A DNA stretch of 64,000 nt from an uncultured Acidobacteriota bacterium (GTDB lineage: Bacteria > Acidobacteriota > Terriglobia > Acidiferrales > UBA7541): positions 18,830-82,829 of the forward strand of contig CAWCPO010000013.1 of NCBI GenBank assembly GCA_963797345.1, in the 5' to 3' direction. This document shows positions 50,141 through 58,280 of the stretch, in pieces. The position numbers were made by a program, and so were the translations under genes. The notes beneath the pieces were generated by a model. That model ran no database searches, was not told the origin of the DNA, and saw only the letters and a program-made list of their open reading frames with translations. Within the stretch, counting starts at the first letter, position 1, and every line of letters begins with the position of its first letter.

Positions 50141-52223
50141 CAGGTTGAATAACACGACCTCCTTTGCAATCGACGGCAGCGGAAACACGACAGGCATTAC
50201 GGACCCGCTGGGCCATCAGACGACGTTCACTTTCGATTCCGAAGGGCGGCCCTTGACGGCCACGGACCCGCTCAGCCATTCCACCCACTTTGCTTACGAC
50301 CCAAGCAGCGACCTCGTATCCATCACCGACCCGCTCAGCCGGACCACGTCTCGTTCGTTCGACCCTGTTGGCCGGCTCATCAGCACGGCGAACCCGCTGG
50401 GTCAGAAGACACAGTATGCCTACGACGGCTTGAATCAGGTTACGCAGGTGACAGACGCGCTGGGGAATACGACGTCGTTCGCCTATGATCCGAACGGGAA
50501 CCTCACGGGCGTGACGGATGCCAATAGCCACGCGACGAGCTATACCTACGATTCGATGGACCGGCTCGCCACCCGCACCGATCCGCTCAGCCGCGGCGAA
50601 AGTTATCAGTACGATGGCAACGGCAATCTGACCCAATTCACGGACCGCCGCGGCGAGGCCACAACCTACACCTACGACAATCTGGACCGCCGCGCTTTCG
50701 CAGGATTCAACACGCAGGCGGGGCCGAGTTACGAAAGCACGATCAGCTACACCTACGACGTAGGCAACCGGCTGACGCAAGCCGTGGATTCGGTCACGGG
50801 AACCATCACGCGCGCGTACGACGGCCTCGACCGGGTGACTTCGGAGACCACGCCGCAGGGCGGCGTCAGCTACGGCTACGACATTGCCAGCCGCAGAACC
50901 AGCATGACGGTCGCGGGCCAGCCGGCCGTGAATTATTCATACGACAACGCGAGCCGTCTGACGCAGATCGCGCAGGGCACATCGGCGGTATCCTTTGTGT
51001 ACGATTCGGCCAGCCGGCGCACGTCGCTGACTCTGCCGAATGGCGTGGCCATGAGCTACAGCTACGACAATGCGTCGCAATTGAGCGGACTTACGTACAC
51101 GCTGGGGACGAACACGTTGGGAAATCTGACGTATACCTACGATCTGGCGGGGCGGCGGACGAGCATGGGCGGGAGCTACGCGGCGGCCAATCTGCCGCAG
51201 CCCGTTTCGCTCACGGCCTATGACGCTGCCAACGAATTGACCGAGTGGGGTGCGGCCACGCCGGTGTACGACGCGAATGGAAATACGCTCAGCGACGGAA
51301 CGAACAGCTATGCATGGAACGGGCGGAATCAGCTGGCTTCGATGAACATGGGTGCCGCGAGCTTCCAGTACGATCCCTTTGGACGGCGTGTCGCGAAGAC
51401 CGCCGTCTTCACCACGACGAATTATCTCTACGATGGCGCAAATCCTGTCCAGGAACTCGCAGGCACCACGCCTACGGCAAATCTACTGACAGGCGGCGTG
51501 GACGAATACTTCCAGCGCACCGATTCAAGCGGCACGGCCAATTTCCTCACGGATGCGCTTGGCAGCACGTTGGCTCTGACGGGCCCGAGCGGTAACACCC
51601 TCGCCTCCTACACATACGAGCCTTTCGGCAATACGACAGCGACCGGCAGTTCTGCGAGCACCTACCAGTACACCGGTCGAGAGAACGATGGAACGGGAGT
51701 GTATTTCTATCGAGCCAGATACTACTCGCCGACGCTGCAACGGTTCATCGGCGAGGACCCGATCGGGTTCGCAGGTGGTTTCAACCTCTACCGCTATGTC
51801 TCAGACAATCCCGTAAACCGAGTTGATCCGCTCGGAATGTGGCAATTGACCCTCAGTGGAGGCGCGGGCTGGGGAGCTAGAATCACGATCGGGAACAATG
51901 GCGGGAGCGGCTTTTTCAATGGCCAATGGAACTTTGGTTTCTATGGAGGCGGTGGCGAGGGACTCGCCCTAGATATCGACATCTATAACAGAGGCTGTCA
52001 CCAGCAGGGACTTAACTGGGGTGTTGAGGGAAACGGCGAAATCGGTTTTGGGCCTGAGGTCGAGGCAGAGGCTCACGTGGGCACAGACCCTTGGTGGAAC
52101 ATCAATGGCAATATCCCAGGGACACCGGTTGGCGGGTCAATCGGCACTGAGGGCGTCACCGTACCAACAATTGGATTTGGTGAGTCAGTGGTCGTCGGCG
52201 TTGGCGGAACGGCCTATTTCTGA
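50067..52223 (+). CDS. orphan Rhs cassette 6 (longest, about 1.6 kb of core) with a glycine-rich 127-aa CT (51840..52220)
   Basis: Homology to main gene nt 38149 onward starts at 50147, 7 nt after the immunity 5 stop. The listed N-terminal 26 aa overlap immunity 5 and are not Rhs-like. Confidence 0.8.
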   Translation: MEKKARRWPTRFKRRFGSCTIVRNSRLNNTTSFAIDGSGNTTGITDPLGHQTTFTFDSEGRPLTATDPLSHSTHFAYDPSSDLVSITDPLSRTTSRSFDPVGRLISTANPLGQKTQYAYDGLNQVTQVTDALGNTTSFAYDPNGNLTGVTDANSHATSYTYDSMDRLATRTDPLSRGESYQYDGNGNLTQFTDRRGEATTYTYDNLDRRAFAGFNTQAGPSYESTISYTYDVGNRLTQAVDSVTGTITRAYDGLDRVTSETTPQGGVSYGYDIASRRTSMTVAGQPAVNYSYDNASRLTQIAQGTSAVSFVYDSASRRTSLTLPNGVAMSYSYDNASQLSGLTYTLGTNTLGNLTYTYDLAGRRTSMGGSYAAANLPQPVSLTAYDAANELTEWGAATPVYDANGNTLSDGTNSYAWNGRNQLASMNMGAASFQYDPFGRRVAKTAVFTTTNYLYDGANPVQELAGTTPTANLLTGGVDEYFQRTDSSGTANFLTDALGSTLALTGPSGNTLASYTYEPFGNTTATGSSASTYQYTGRENDGTGVYFYRARYYSPTLQRFIGEDPIGFAGGFNLYRYVSDNPVNRVDPLGMWQLTLSGGAGWGARITIGNNGGSGFFNGQWNFGFYGGGGEGLALDIDIYNRGCHQQGLNWGVEGNGEIGFGPEVEAEAHVGTDPWWNINGNIPGTPVGGSIGTEGVTVPTIGFGESVVVGVGGTAYF

Positions 52224-52224
52224 G

Positions 52225-52626
52225 ATGTCATCCACCGTTCAGAGCAAGTGGCTGGCTATTAGGGTGCTCTTGTTGGGCGTCAGCGCATTGGGAATCGCAA
52301 TGATCCCAGGCGAACGATCCAACTTAGATTGGCCCGCGTGCGTCTTGATCAGCACCCTGTCATCACTCGCTCTGTTCGGCTGGTTGACGGCGATTCGCTT
52401 TAGGCAGGACGCCAACTGGTCAGCCCCCTTCTCATGGCACGAGCCCTTTTGGCCAATGATGAGATATCCTTTGCGATACTGGTTTCTGGCTTCGTGTGCG
52501 CTCGCAATAGGTGGCGCTTTGGGGATAGTGGCGGATGCCATTTTGCACAGAGGGCATGAAGCCGTTAGTGGAACATTCTTCTTCACGGGGGCTCTTGATG
52601 CTTGCAGCTCTAAGAATCTGGATTAG
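52225..52626 (+). CDS. candidate immunity protein 6, 4-TM membrane protein
   Basis: ATG 2 nt after the toxin stop. 133 aa, strongly hydrophobic. Confidence 0.55.
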   Translation: MSSTVQSKWLAIRVLLLGVSALGIAMIPGERSNLDWPACVLISTLSSLALFGWLTAIRFRQDANWSAPFSWHEPFWPMMRYPLRYWFLASCALAIGGALGIVADAILHRGHEAVSGTFFFTGALDACSSKNLD

Positions 52627-52832
52627 GAAATTTAGGCCGGCGCGAGTGTGAACCATATGGAGATTTCCGTGTGGCACAGCTCGGTCGCTGTCATTCGCCA
52701 AAATTCCATCTGCCCCGAAAGTGCCGCGATTCTTTCGCGCTAAGGATCGAAAAGCGAGCCTGCACTTAGCCGAGATTTGCACTGAGCATCCTGAAAATCC
52801 CCTCGGATGCAGGAAATCATCTAACCCAGGCG

Positions 52833-54347
52833 GTGGATTCGGTTACGGGGACGATCGCGCGCGTGTACGACGGCCTCGATCGGCTGACTTCGGAAACCAC
52901 GCCGCAGGGCGGCGTCAGCTACGGCTACGATACGGACAGCCGCAGAACCAGCATGACGGTGGCGGGCCAGCCTGCCGTGAATTATTCATACGACAACGCG
53001 AGCCGGTTGACGCAGATCGCGCAGGGCGCATCGGCGGTATCCTTTGTGTACGATTCGGCCAGCTGGCGCACGTCGCTGACTCTGCCGAATGGCGTGGCCA
53101 TGAGCTACAGCTACGACAACGCGTCGCAACTCACCGGCATCAATTACACCCTCGGCCAGAACTCGCTCGGGAATTTAGCATATACCTATGATCTCGCCGG
53201 TCGGCGGACGAGTGAGGGCGGGAGCTACGCGTCCACGGGGCTGCCGCAGCCTGTCTCCCTCACGGCGTACGACGCCGCAAACGAGTTGACGGAGTGGGGC
53301 GCGGCCACACCGGTGTACGACGCGAATGGGAACACGCTCAGCGACGGAACGAATAGCTACGCCTGGAACGGGCGCAATCAGCTCGCGTCAATGAATTCGA
53401 GTGCGGAAAGCTTCCAGTACGATCCCCTCGGCCGGCGCGTGGCGAAGACTGTCCTATTTGGCACGACGAATTACCTCTACGACGGCGCAAACCCCGTCCA
53501 GGAACTCGCAGGCACGACGCCTACGGCAAACTTGCTGACTGGCCTGGGAATCGACGAACGCTTTACCAGAACAGATTCGAGCGCGACGGCGAATTTCCTC
53601 ACCGATGCGCTTGGCAGCACTTTGGCGCTGACGGACCCAAGCGGCAACACGCTCGCCTCCTACACCTACGAGCCTTTCGGCAATACGACAGCGACCGGCA
53701 GTTCTGCGAGCACCTACCAGTACACCGGCCGAGAGAACGATGGGACGGGGGTGTACTACTACAGAGCACGTTATTACTCGCCGACGCTGCAAAGATTCGT
53801 CAGCGAGGATCCGATTGGAATTGTGGGTGGAATTAACAAATATGCTTATACTCTCAGCAACCCGACAACATATCGTGATCCCTCAGGCCTAAGTTCGACA
53901 ACTGGAAGGGGACCCTGCACATGCTTGCAGGTTTTTGCAAATGCTTTTACAAATCCAGTAGAGGGGCCGCTGGGCAACGAGGTCGAAGATGCAACCCAGG
54001 CGGTGCAGGGCGGGCTTCAAGCTGCCGGTGCCGGGCTCGGCTACGCTGCTGGACAAGTCTACAACCAAGCATTGCAGTACGGCTTCGGTTTGGCGTCTTC
54101 TGCTTCCGCCGCCGGAACCATATCCTACGGGCTACGTTCTTCTATTCTGCGTGGCCTTCTGAATACGACCGAGGACTTGTCTAACCTTGCGGAGAGCGTG
54201 ACTAGCGAGGCAGTTGCGGGCGAGGCCGGAATTGCAACGGTTGATGTCCTCTTGGGCAACGCCCTAGGAGCGGAGGTCGAGGCTGTGAGAAACGGAACTT
54301 GCATTCCAGAGCAGGAAGCCCTCAGGATCATAATATTCGGGCAATGA
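52833..54347 (+). CDS. orphan Rhs cassette 7 with an Ala/Gly-rich 151-aa CT (53892..54344)
   Basis: Homology from about 52820. The stretch 53230-53760 is near-identical to the main gene and cassette 3. DPSGL demarcation. Confidence 0.8.
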   Translation: MDSVTGTIARVYDGLDRLTSETTPQGGVSYGYDTDSRRTSMTVAGQPAVNYSYDNASRLTQIAQGASAVSFVYDSASWRTSLTLPNGVAMSYSYDNASQLTGINYTLGQNSLGNLAYTYDLAGRRTSEGGSYASTGLPQPVSLTAYDAANELTEWGAATPVYDANGNTLSDGTNSYAWNGRNQLASMNSSAESFQYDPLGRRVAKTVLFGTTNYLYDGANPVQELAGTTPTANLLTGLGIDERFTRTDSSATANFLTDALGSTLALTDPSGNTLASYTYEPFGNTTATGSSASTYQYTGRENDGTGVYYYRARYYSPTLQRFVSEDPIGIVGGINKYAYTLSNPTTYRDPSGLSSTTGRGPCTCLQVFANAFTNPVEGPLGNEVEDATQAVQGGLQAAGAGLGYAAGQVYNQALQYGFGLASSASAAGTISYGLRSSILRGLLNTTEDLSNLAESVTSEAVAGEAGIATVDVLLGNALGAEVEAVRNGTCIPEQEALRIIIFGQ

Positions 54348-54712
54348 CTATGGCCAAGAATCCGGGAGAGACGAAGAGGAGTCTTGCCGACTCCGTTGTA
54401 TTGTGGGGTACGGCGTGTCTCGTAGTCGGTCTCGGGGTAGGTTTTTTCTGGGTTAGCGACGAATTGCATTTCGAGGGGAAGTGGCGCCTCTACCTGCTCC
54501 TAAACGTTGGATTCTGTGGTGTTGTAATTTGGAGATCCCGGACGTGGTTTAACCATTGGGGGTCCGGATTACTGCTGACCGCATGGCTAGCAGTGCATCT
54601 TGTGGTCTATGGATTTCTCACCCGACTCGATTTCAATTTGTTCTTCTGTATTTTCCTATTCCCGGCCCGAGGCCATGGTCCTGCTGGCTGTAGGTCAGGT
54701 AGTGAGGGCTAG
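54344..54712 (+). CDS. candidate immunity protein 7, 4-TM membrane protein
   Basis: ATGA start/stop overlap with cassette 7. 122 aa. Confidence 0.55.
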   Translation: MTMAKNPGETKRSLADSVVLWGTACLVVGLGVGFFWVSDELHFEGKWRLYLLLNVGFCGVVIWRSRTWFNHWGSGLLLTAWLAVHLVVYGFLTRLDFNLFFCIFLFPARGHGPAGCRSGSEG

Positions 54713-54760
54713 ACACCGAGAGAACGAGTTGCGCCAAGTAAAGCGCGGCTGACACGATCA

Positions 54761-55456
54761 ATGGCCCATGACGCCGCGAACGAGCTCACCGAGTGGGGCG
54801 TGGCCACGCCAGTGTACGACGCGAATGGCAATACGATCGGTTCGGGCGGAATCAACTCGGCGTACGATTTCGAGAACCGCCTGATCCAGCAGGGCGCGGG
54901 AGTCAGCATCGTGTACGACGGCGATGGGAATCGCGTGAAGAAGACGGCCGGAGGCGTCACGACGACGTACCTGGTGGACGAGATCAATCCCACCGGCTAC
55001 CCGCAGGTAATCTACGAAGGCTTCTCGGGAGGCGCTGGCGCGCGGGAACTTTATCACATGTACGTCTACGGGCTGGAGCGCATCAGCCAGAGCCGCACCT
55101 TCCTTGCCGGCAGCCAGCAGACGCAAATCAGCTACTACGTCTACGACGGCCACGGCAGCACACGAGCATTAACCGATCCCACCGGCAACGTCACCGACGC
55201 CTACGACTACGACGCCTTCGGGAACCTGATCCACTCGACCGGCACCACGCCCAACGAATTCCTCTTCGCCGGCGAGCAATTCGACTCCACCCTCAACCTC
55301 TACTACAACCGCGCCCGATACTCTCGCCCGGAAACCTTGGAACGTCTGGCCAAGGAACCCCAGAAAGTTAACTCTTCTGTGGTTCACCACGCCTTCCGTT
55401 GCTCCCCTTGCTATAAGACTTGCAGCCGGCTGCTGGCCCACATGAAGGTCGAATGA
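54761..55456 (+). pseudogene. orphan Rhs cassette 8: chimeric and 3'-truncated, with no toxin and no immunity
   Basis: The first 20 or so codons match the local family and the rest is a different Rhs lineage. Similarity stops right after LYYNRARY, before the PxxxxDPxGL motif. Confidence 0.7.
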
Positions 55457-55541
55457 ATTGCCAGAACAGCTTCCAAGGCTCACAGGGCTGATTCCAGAAG
55501 CCATAGTTGAAGAGAGTTAAATTTCTCCTGACATTTCCCCA

Positions 55542-55578
55542 TTTTTTTGCCTCTTTATAAGTGAGGGGAGTTCTCGCC
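55542..55578. repeat. T-run plus hairpin motif, copy 1 (copy 2 at 55831-55867)
   Basis: TTTTTT(G/C)CC..TCT.TATA..TGAGGGGAGTT.CT shared at about 85% over about 38 nt. Copy 2 forms a 7-bp stem (TCCCCTC/GAGGGGA). Confidence 0.45.
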
Positions 55579-55999
55579 GGACATTCCCACGAGCTTGACG
55601 GCCCCGAACCACAACGGTGAGCCGCCGGGCGTCGCGCACGGCTGCCTGTGGGGTCGCTGCCACCCCCCAGTATGGGCTGCACGCCCGGTTGTCTGTGCCG
55701 CGTACCAAGCTCCAAGAAGGGTTTTCGTAAGGCGCCCCGGCACTATATCTCGCACCTAAACGGAGCGGAGGCGATGACCCCAACCGCAAAAGATCCGCCC
55801 AAACCGAATTTTGTTGGTGCGTTTTGCCCGTTTTTTCCCCTCTGTATAGATGAGGGGAGTTTCTGCTCAATGCCCAACCAGGAGCTTGGGTTTACCGAGG
55901 AAAGCATCCGTCAGCCGTATTGCGTGAATGACCGTAGGAGAAACGTCGGCTTCGATACGTTCTTGCTGAAAAGGATTGGCATCCCCAGCGAGGAACCCA

Positions 56000-56242
56000 A
56001 TGAAAACAAGTGACGACGGTAGGAATTACACGATGCACTTTTTCATCTGCCAGCATCGTCACCGTCCCGCTTTCGAAGTCACTTACGGCAAGACACCTAC
56101 AGCCGCGCAGTCAGCGAAAGATACCGTGGAACAAACACGAAATCGGGCGGCATTCTCCCTCCACAGCCGCCCCGAAGACGCCTCCCGTCTGCGCCGCATT
56201 CTGAACGACCGGGACCTTACCGCGGGAATCCTCGCGCTATGA
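56000..56242 (+). CDS. hypothetical protein (80 aa)
   Basis: GAGGAA RBS then ATG at 56000. Its stop overlaps the next gene start (ATGA at 56239). Confidence 0.4.
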   Translation: MKTSDDGRNYTMHFFICQHRHRPAFEVTYGKTPTAAQSAKDTVEQTRNRAAFSLHSRPEDASRLRRILNDRDLTAGILAL

Positions 56243-57246
56243 ACATCTCCTCTTCCCATCTCGACGCCCTCAAAGCCTTCGGCTACACCGAGGAGGAAGC
56301 ACGGTTTCTTTACATTGTTGCGACGCATTCGGGCTACTTTGTCGCGCGCCAGTTCCTTGCATTCACTGGAGCTCATTGGGGCAACCGCACGACCACGTTT
56401 TGGGGCAAACTCCACACCCAGAAACACGCCCGCACCGAGTGCTTTCCCAAGAGCGGAGTCATCCATCATCTCTTTTCGCGGAGGCTCTACCGCCAGCTCG
56501 GACGGGAGAAACTTCGCAACCGCCGCGAACACGAAATCGAGTTCATCCGGCAACGCATCGCCATCCTCGATTTTGTCCTCGCAAACCAAGACCGAACGTA
56601 CCTTGAAACCGAGCCGGAAAAGGTCCGCTATTTCTGCGACCAACTGAAGGTGCCCAATCACTTTCTGCCCTCGAAAACCTTTCACGGACAGCGTACCTCC
56701 CAGCCCACGGTTCGCTATTTCGTGGATAAGTTCCCGATGTTCCTGGGCAATGAGGTTTCGCCCTCCCCTGTGGTGACGTTCACCTACATCCAGGGGAGCG
56801 AGGCAAACATGACCGACTTCGTTCATCACCTGGAAACATATTTGCCCCTCTTCCGCCAGCTTTCCGAGTTCCGGTTCCTGTATCTGGCTCGGGCAGATTC
56901 CCACTTTGAAAAGGCGAAGGAGATGTTCAAGTCTCTGGTCATGATCCCGCTCCAGTCGGACGCGGCAAAAGACATCATCCGGTACTTCGAGGTTCGCAAG
57001 GCTTGGGACCTCAAACAATACGCTTCTCTGACCGAAGCAGACCTCATATTCCGCAATGAAGCCAAGCGACGGTTCCCGGGAGACCGGTTCGAGCACTTGT
57101 ATCGGGGATGGAAGGCCGCGCGCGTGACCGAGGCGAACATCCGTTACGAATTCGGCGGGGATGGCCGGCCTCATACGGTCCATTTCACCGCTGAAATCCT
57201 GCGGCGCGTCGCCCCGACGAGAGCTGAATCCGGTGAGAAAGGGTGA
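56239..57246 (+). CDS. hypothetical element-backbone protein (335 aa). A replication/relaxation-type role is possible but unproven.
   Basis: Natural amino-acid composition, unlike the antisense ORF 56083..57183. Translationally coupled to the upstream ORF. Followed by a terminator-like hairpin. Confidence 0.6.
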   Translation: MNISSSHLDALKAFGYTEEEARFLYIVATHSGYFVARQFLAFTGAHWGNRTTTFWGKLHTQKHARTECFPKSGVIHHLFSRRLYRQLGREKLRNRREHEIEFIRQRIAILDFVLANQDRTYLETEPEKVRYFCDQLKVPNHFLPSKTFHGQRTSQPTVRYFVDKFPMFLGNEVSPSPVVTFTYIQGSEANMTDFVHHLETYLPLFRQLSEFRFLYLARADSHFEKAKEMFKSLVMIPLQSDAAKDIIRYFEVRKAWDLKQYASLTEADLIFRNEAKRRFPGDRFEHLYRGWKAARVTEANIRYEFGGDGRPHTVHFTAEILRRVAPTRAESGEKG

Positions 57247-57357
57247 CGAGGCCGAAAATGAACCCCTGCAAACTCGTCTTCAGCACTTTCTTCAGCCCAT
57301 TGAGCGGCGAAGTCTTTGGCCGAGAGAGGGATGGAGACACGGCGAGGGGCAAAAGCG

Positions 57358-57482
57358 CCATGGAAAAAAACACGGAAACGGGCGGGAGCGACCCCACTTT
57401 TTCGGCGTTCAGCCGCCCAAGTGGAATGTGGGGTCGCTCCCGCCTGCGCCCCGAGCAGCTCGGGGCCGTGTTTTTTCCACGG
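57358..57482. other. 125-nt composite palindrome (nested inverted repeats)
   Basis: Outer arms CCATGGAAAAAAACACGG / CCGTGTTTTTTCCACGG. Inner perfect 17-bp arms GGCGGGAGCGACCCCAC (57381-57397) / GTGGGGTCGCTCCCGCC (57428-57444). Confidence 0.7.
57448..57476 (+). terminator. candidate intrinsic terminator after 56239..57246
   Basis: GCCCCGAG-cag-CTCGGGGC followed by CGTGTTTTTT. Confidence 0.45.
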
Positions 57483-57548
57483 GGACAGAAAACAAGAATT
57501 CCGTCAGACACCGAGTCTGACGATTTGTAAGCCGAAAGGAGAAAACAA

Positions 57549-57797
57549 TTGCCAATCCTGAAAGCACCCCCAAAGCAGCCCAAGAACGCAATGATCCAGG
57601 TCCGCGTCGAGGAGAACATCAAACTCAATGTGGATAAATACGCTCAGTTCATCGGCGGCAACCAAGCCTACGTCGTGAGCGAAGCCCTCAAGCTTCTGTT
57701 CAAGAAAGACGAGGAGTTCAAGCGTTGGCTAGACCAACGAGGCTGTGAGGACGACCATCAGCCGACCGAAGGAGGAGTCCTCACTAAGACGCCTTAA
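57549..57797 (+). CDS. ribbon-helix-helix-like small DNA-binding protein
   Basis: AAGGAG 7 nt before the TTG start. The IQVRVEENIKLNVDKYA...YVVSEALKLLF pattern (beta strand then two helices) is RHH-like. Confidence 0.5.
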   Translation: MPILKAPPKQPKNAMIQVRVEENIKLNVDKYAQFIGGNQAYVVSEALKLLFKKDEEFKRWLDQRGCEDDHQPTEGGVLTKTP

Positions 57798-57802
57798 CGC
57801 CC

Positions 57803-58219
57803 ATGAAGTCTCGTCCAACCCAACTCGGTGTGCGCAAGAATACAGCGTCCTCAAGACAGCATGCCCCGCGCCTTTCAACAGGTACCGACTCGAATGCGCC
57901 TTGCATTGATGAAGGCGTCTCGGAAACAGAACGCTCTTCGATCCGCAACGATGGTCAAGCAGCAGAGTTTCAAGACGAACTGCATGCCGCGTCACAACAC
58001 GCGGCCACAGTGGGAAAAGAACGACACGAAGACCACCTTCTGACAGTTCACGAAGTAGCCGAGTTGTTGCGGGTGCCCGTGTCCTGGGTCTATGGACGCA
58101 TGCGTAGACGATCCACAGAGCGATTGCCCGCTTACCGTCTCGGGAAGTACTGGCGTTTCAGTGAGAGCGAAATACGTGCATGGGTTAAACGTCAGCATGG
58201 AGGCCAGCATGCTGCTTGA
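57803..58219 (+). CDS. xis: excisionase-family (MerR-like HTH_17) DNA-binding protein; start uncertain (58010 GTG possible)
   Basis: LLTVHEVAELLRVPVSWVYGRMRRR...LPAYRLGKYWRFSESEIRAWV is the classic excisionase/AlpA-type motif. Confidence 0.7.
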   Translation: MKSRPTQLGVRKNTASSRQHAPRLSTGTDSNAPCIDEGVSETERSSIRNDGQAAEFQDELHAASQHAATVGKERHEDHLLTVHEVAELLRVPVSWVYGRMRRRSTERLPAYRLGKYWRFSESEIRAWVKRQHGGQHAA

Positions 58220-58280
58220 TAGCAGAGCTACACTCATAGCTGACACAGGACAAGCCAAGCGGGCCATCGAAGGAGGAACG

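Noticed and set aside
40609-50780. Minus-strand ORFs across the Rhs cassettes (40609..40938, 48267..49070, 50040..50780, 37050..37712 and others)
   Set aside because: They are antisense to YD-repeat coding sequence and repeat only because the sense sequence repeats.
34977-55456. A T6SS- or Tc-toxin-linked interpretation of the Rhs locus
   Set aside because: No VgrG, PAAR, Hcp, EagR/DUF1795, TcA/TcB-like or T6SS structural genes occur anywhere in the window, and the protein has its own Sec leader.
38100-55500. Possibility that the periodic repeats are a CRISPR array or simple tandem repeat
   Set aside because: Repeat units are 0.3-1.6 kb of protein-coding Rhs core with unique toxin/immunity inserts. 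There are no short 25-40 nt repeats with uniform spacers.
56083-57183. 366-aa minus-strand ORF antisense to 56239..57246
   Set aside because: It has the R/G/V/E-rich composition of a shadow frame. The plus-strand ORF has balanced composition, is translationally coupled to an upstream ORF, and is followed by a terminator-like hairpin.
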